From Hemiscyllium ocellatum (Eukaryota): 64,000 nucleotides of DNA. Position numbers and translations under genes: made by a program. Below, one piece after another: positions 63,535-64,000 of the stretch; within the stretch, counting starts at the first letter, position 1; every line of letters begins with the position of its first letter. Location: contig NC_083440.1 of NCBI RefSeq assembly GCF_020745735.1, positions 32,164,468 through 32,228,467 of the forward strand, in the 5' to 3' direction. The notes beneath the pieces were generated by a model. The model was not told the origin of the DNA. It searched no databases and saw only the letters and a program-made list of their open reading frames with translations.

Positions 63535-64000
63535 AAAAGCCTTAAACCTGTTTGTCAACTTTCAACAGAAGCAACCTCAGGGCATGAACACAGACTGAGT
63601 TGCTCAGTGACACATGATTGATTGGGTCAGATCAAATTCTCAAGCAAACACCCGCACAGATTGCTGGGGAAATTCAGCAGATCAGACAGCAACGGTGAAG
63701 AGAGAGAGGAACAATTCGCATTTCAAGTGACCCTTCCTCAAAACAGTCTGTTCTGAAGGAACGTTTCCGCAGAAATCACTGGATTGAAAGGTGAACTCTC
63801 TCTCTCTCTCTCCCTTCACAGATGCTGCCGGACATGCTTAGCTTCTTCAGCAATCTCTGTATTGATGGTTCAGGTTTCCAGCGCGTCCGTACAAGTTAAG
63901 TTTAGTGTTGAATTCCCAAGCTTGCTCTATTATAGGGATTGAATTCCTCTGCTACAAAGGGGGGTCTCAGTTACCTCAGCTAACTGGTTTGTGATGCCAA

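Overview
Eukaryotic, repeat-rich genomic DNA from a shark (HE1-type SINEs, CR1 LINEs and Penelope-like elements dominate; an orectolobiform such as a bamboo shark is plausible but not provable from sequence alone). The only cellular gene I can support is one complete cartilaginous-fish IgM heavy-chain cluster on the minus strand (~18.2-39.8 kb): leader, VH, D/J, CH1-CH4 with secretory tailpiece, TM1 and TM2. Two things about it are unusual. (1) It appears partly pre-rearranged: V is fused to a D1-like remnant and D2 is fused to J, so only one 22-bp-spacer RSS and one 12-bp-spacer RSS remain, about 330 bp apart (VD-DJ). (2) CH4 carries an apparent 4-nt deletion that frameshifts it to a premature stop, while all other exons and splice sites are intact. 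V and the fused DJ each carry an extra cysteine. Outside the cluster there are hammerhead-ribozyme-like cores in a young Penelope element and in several short inverted-repeat insertions, a ~595-bp inverted duplication inserted into a CR1, and several local duplications near the gene. Repeat boundaries are approximate and identities were estimated by eye; family assignments rest on recalled consensus motifs, not database searches.
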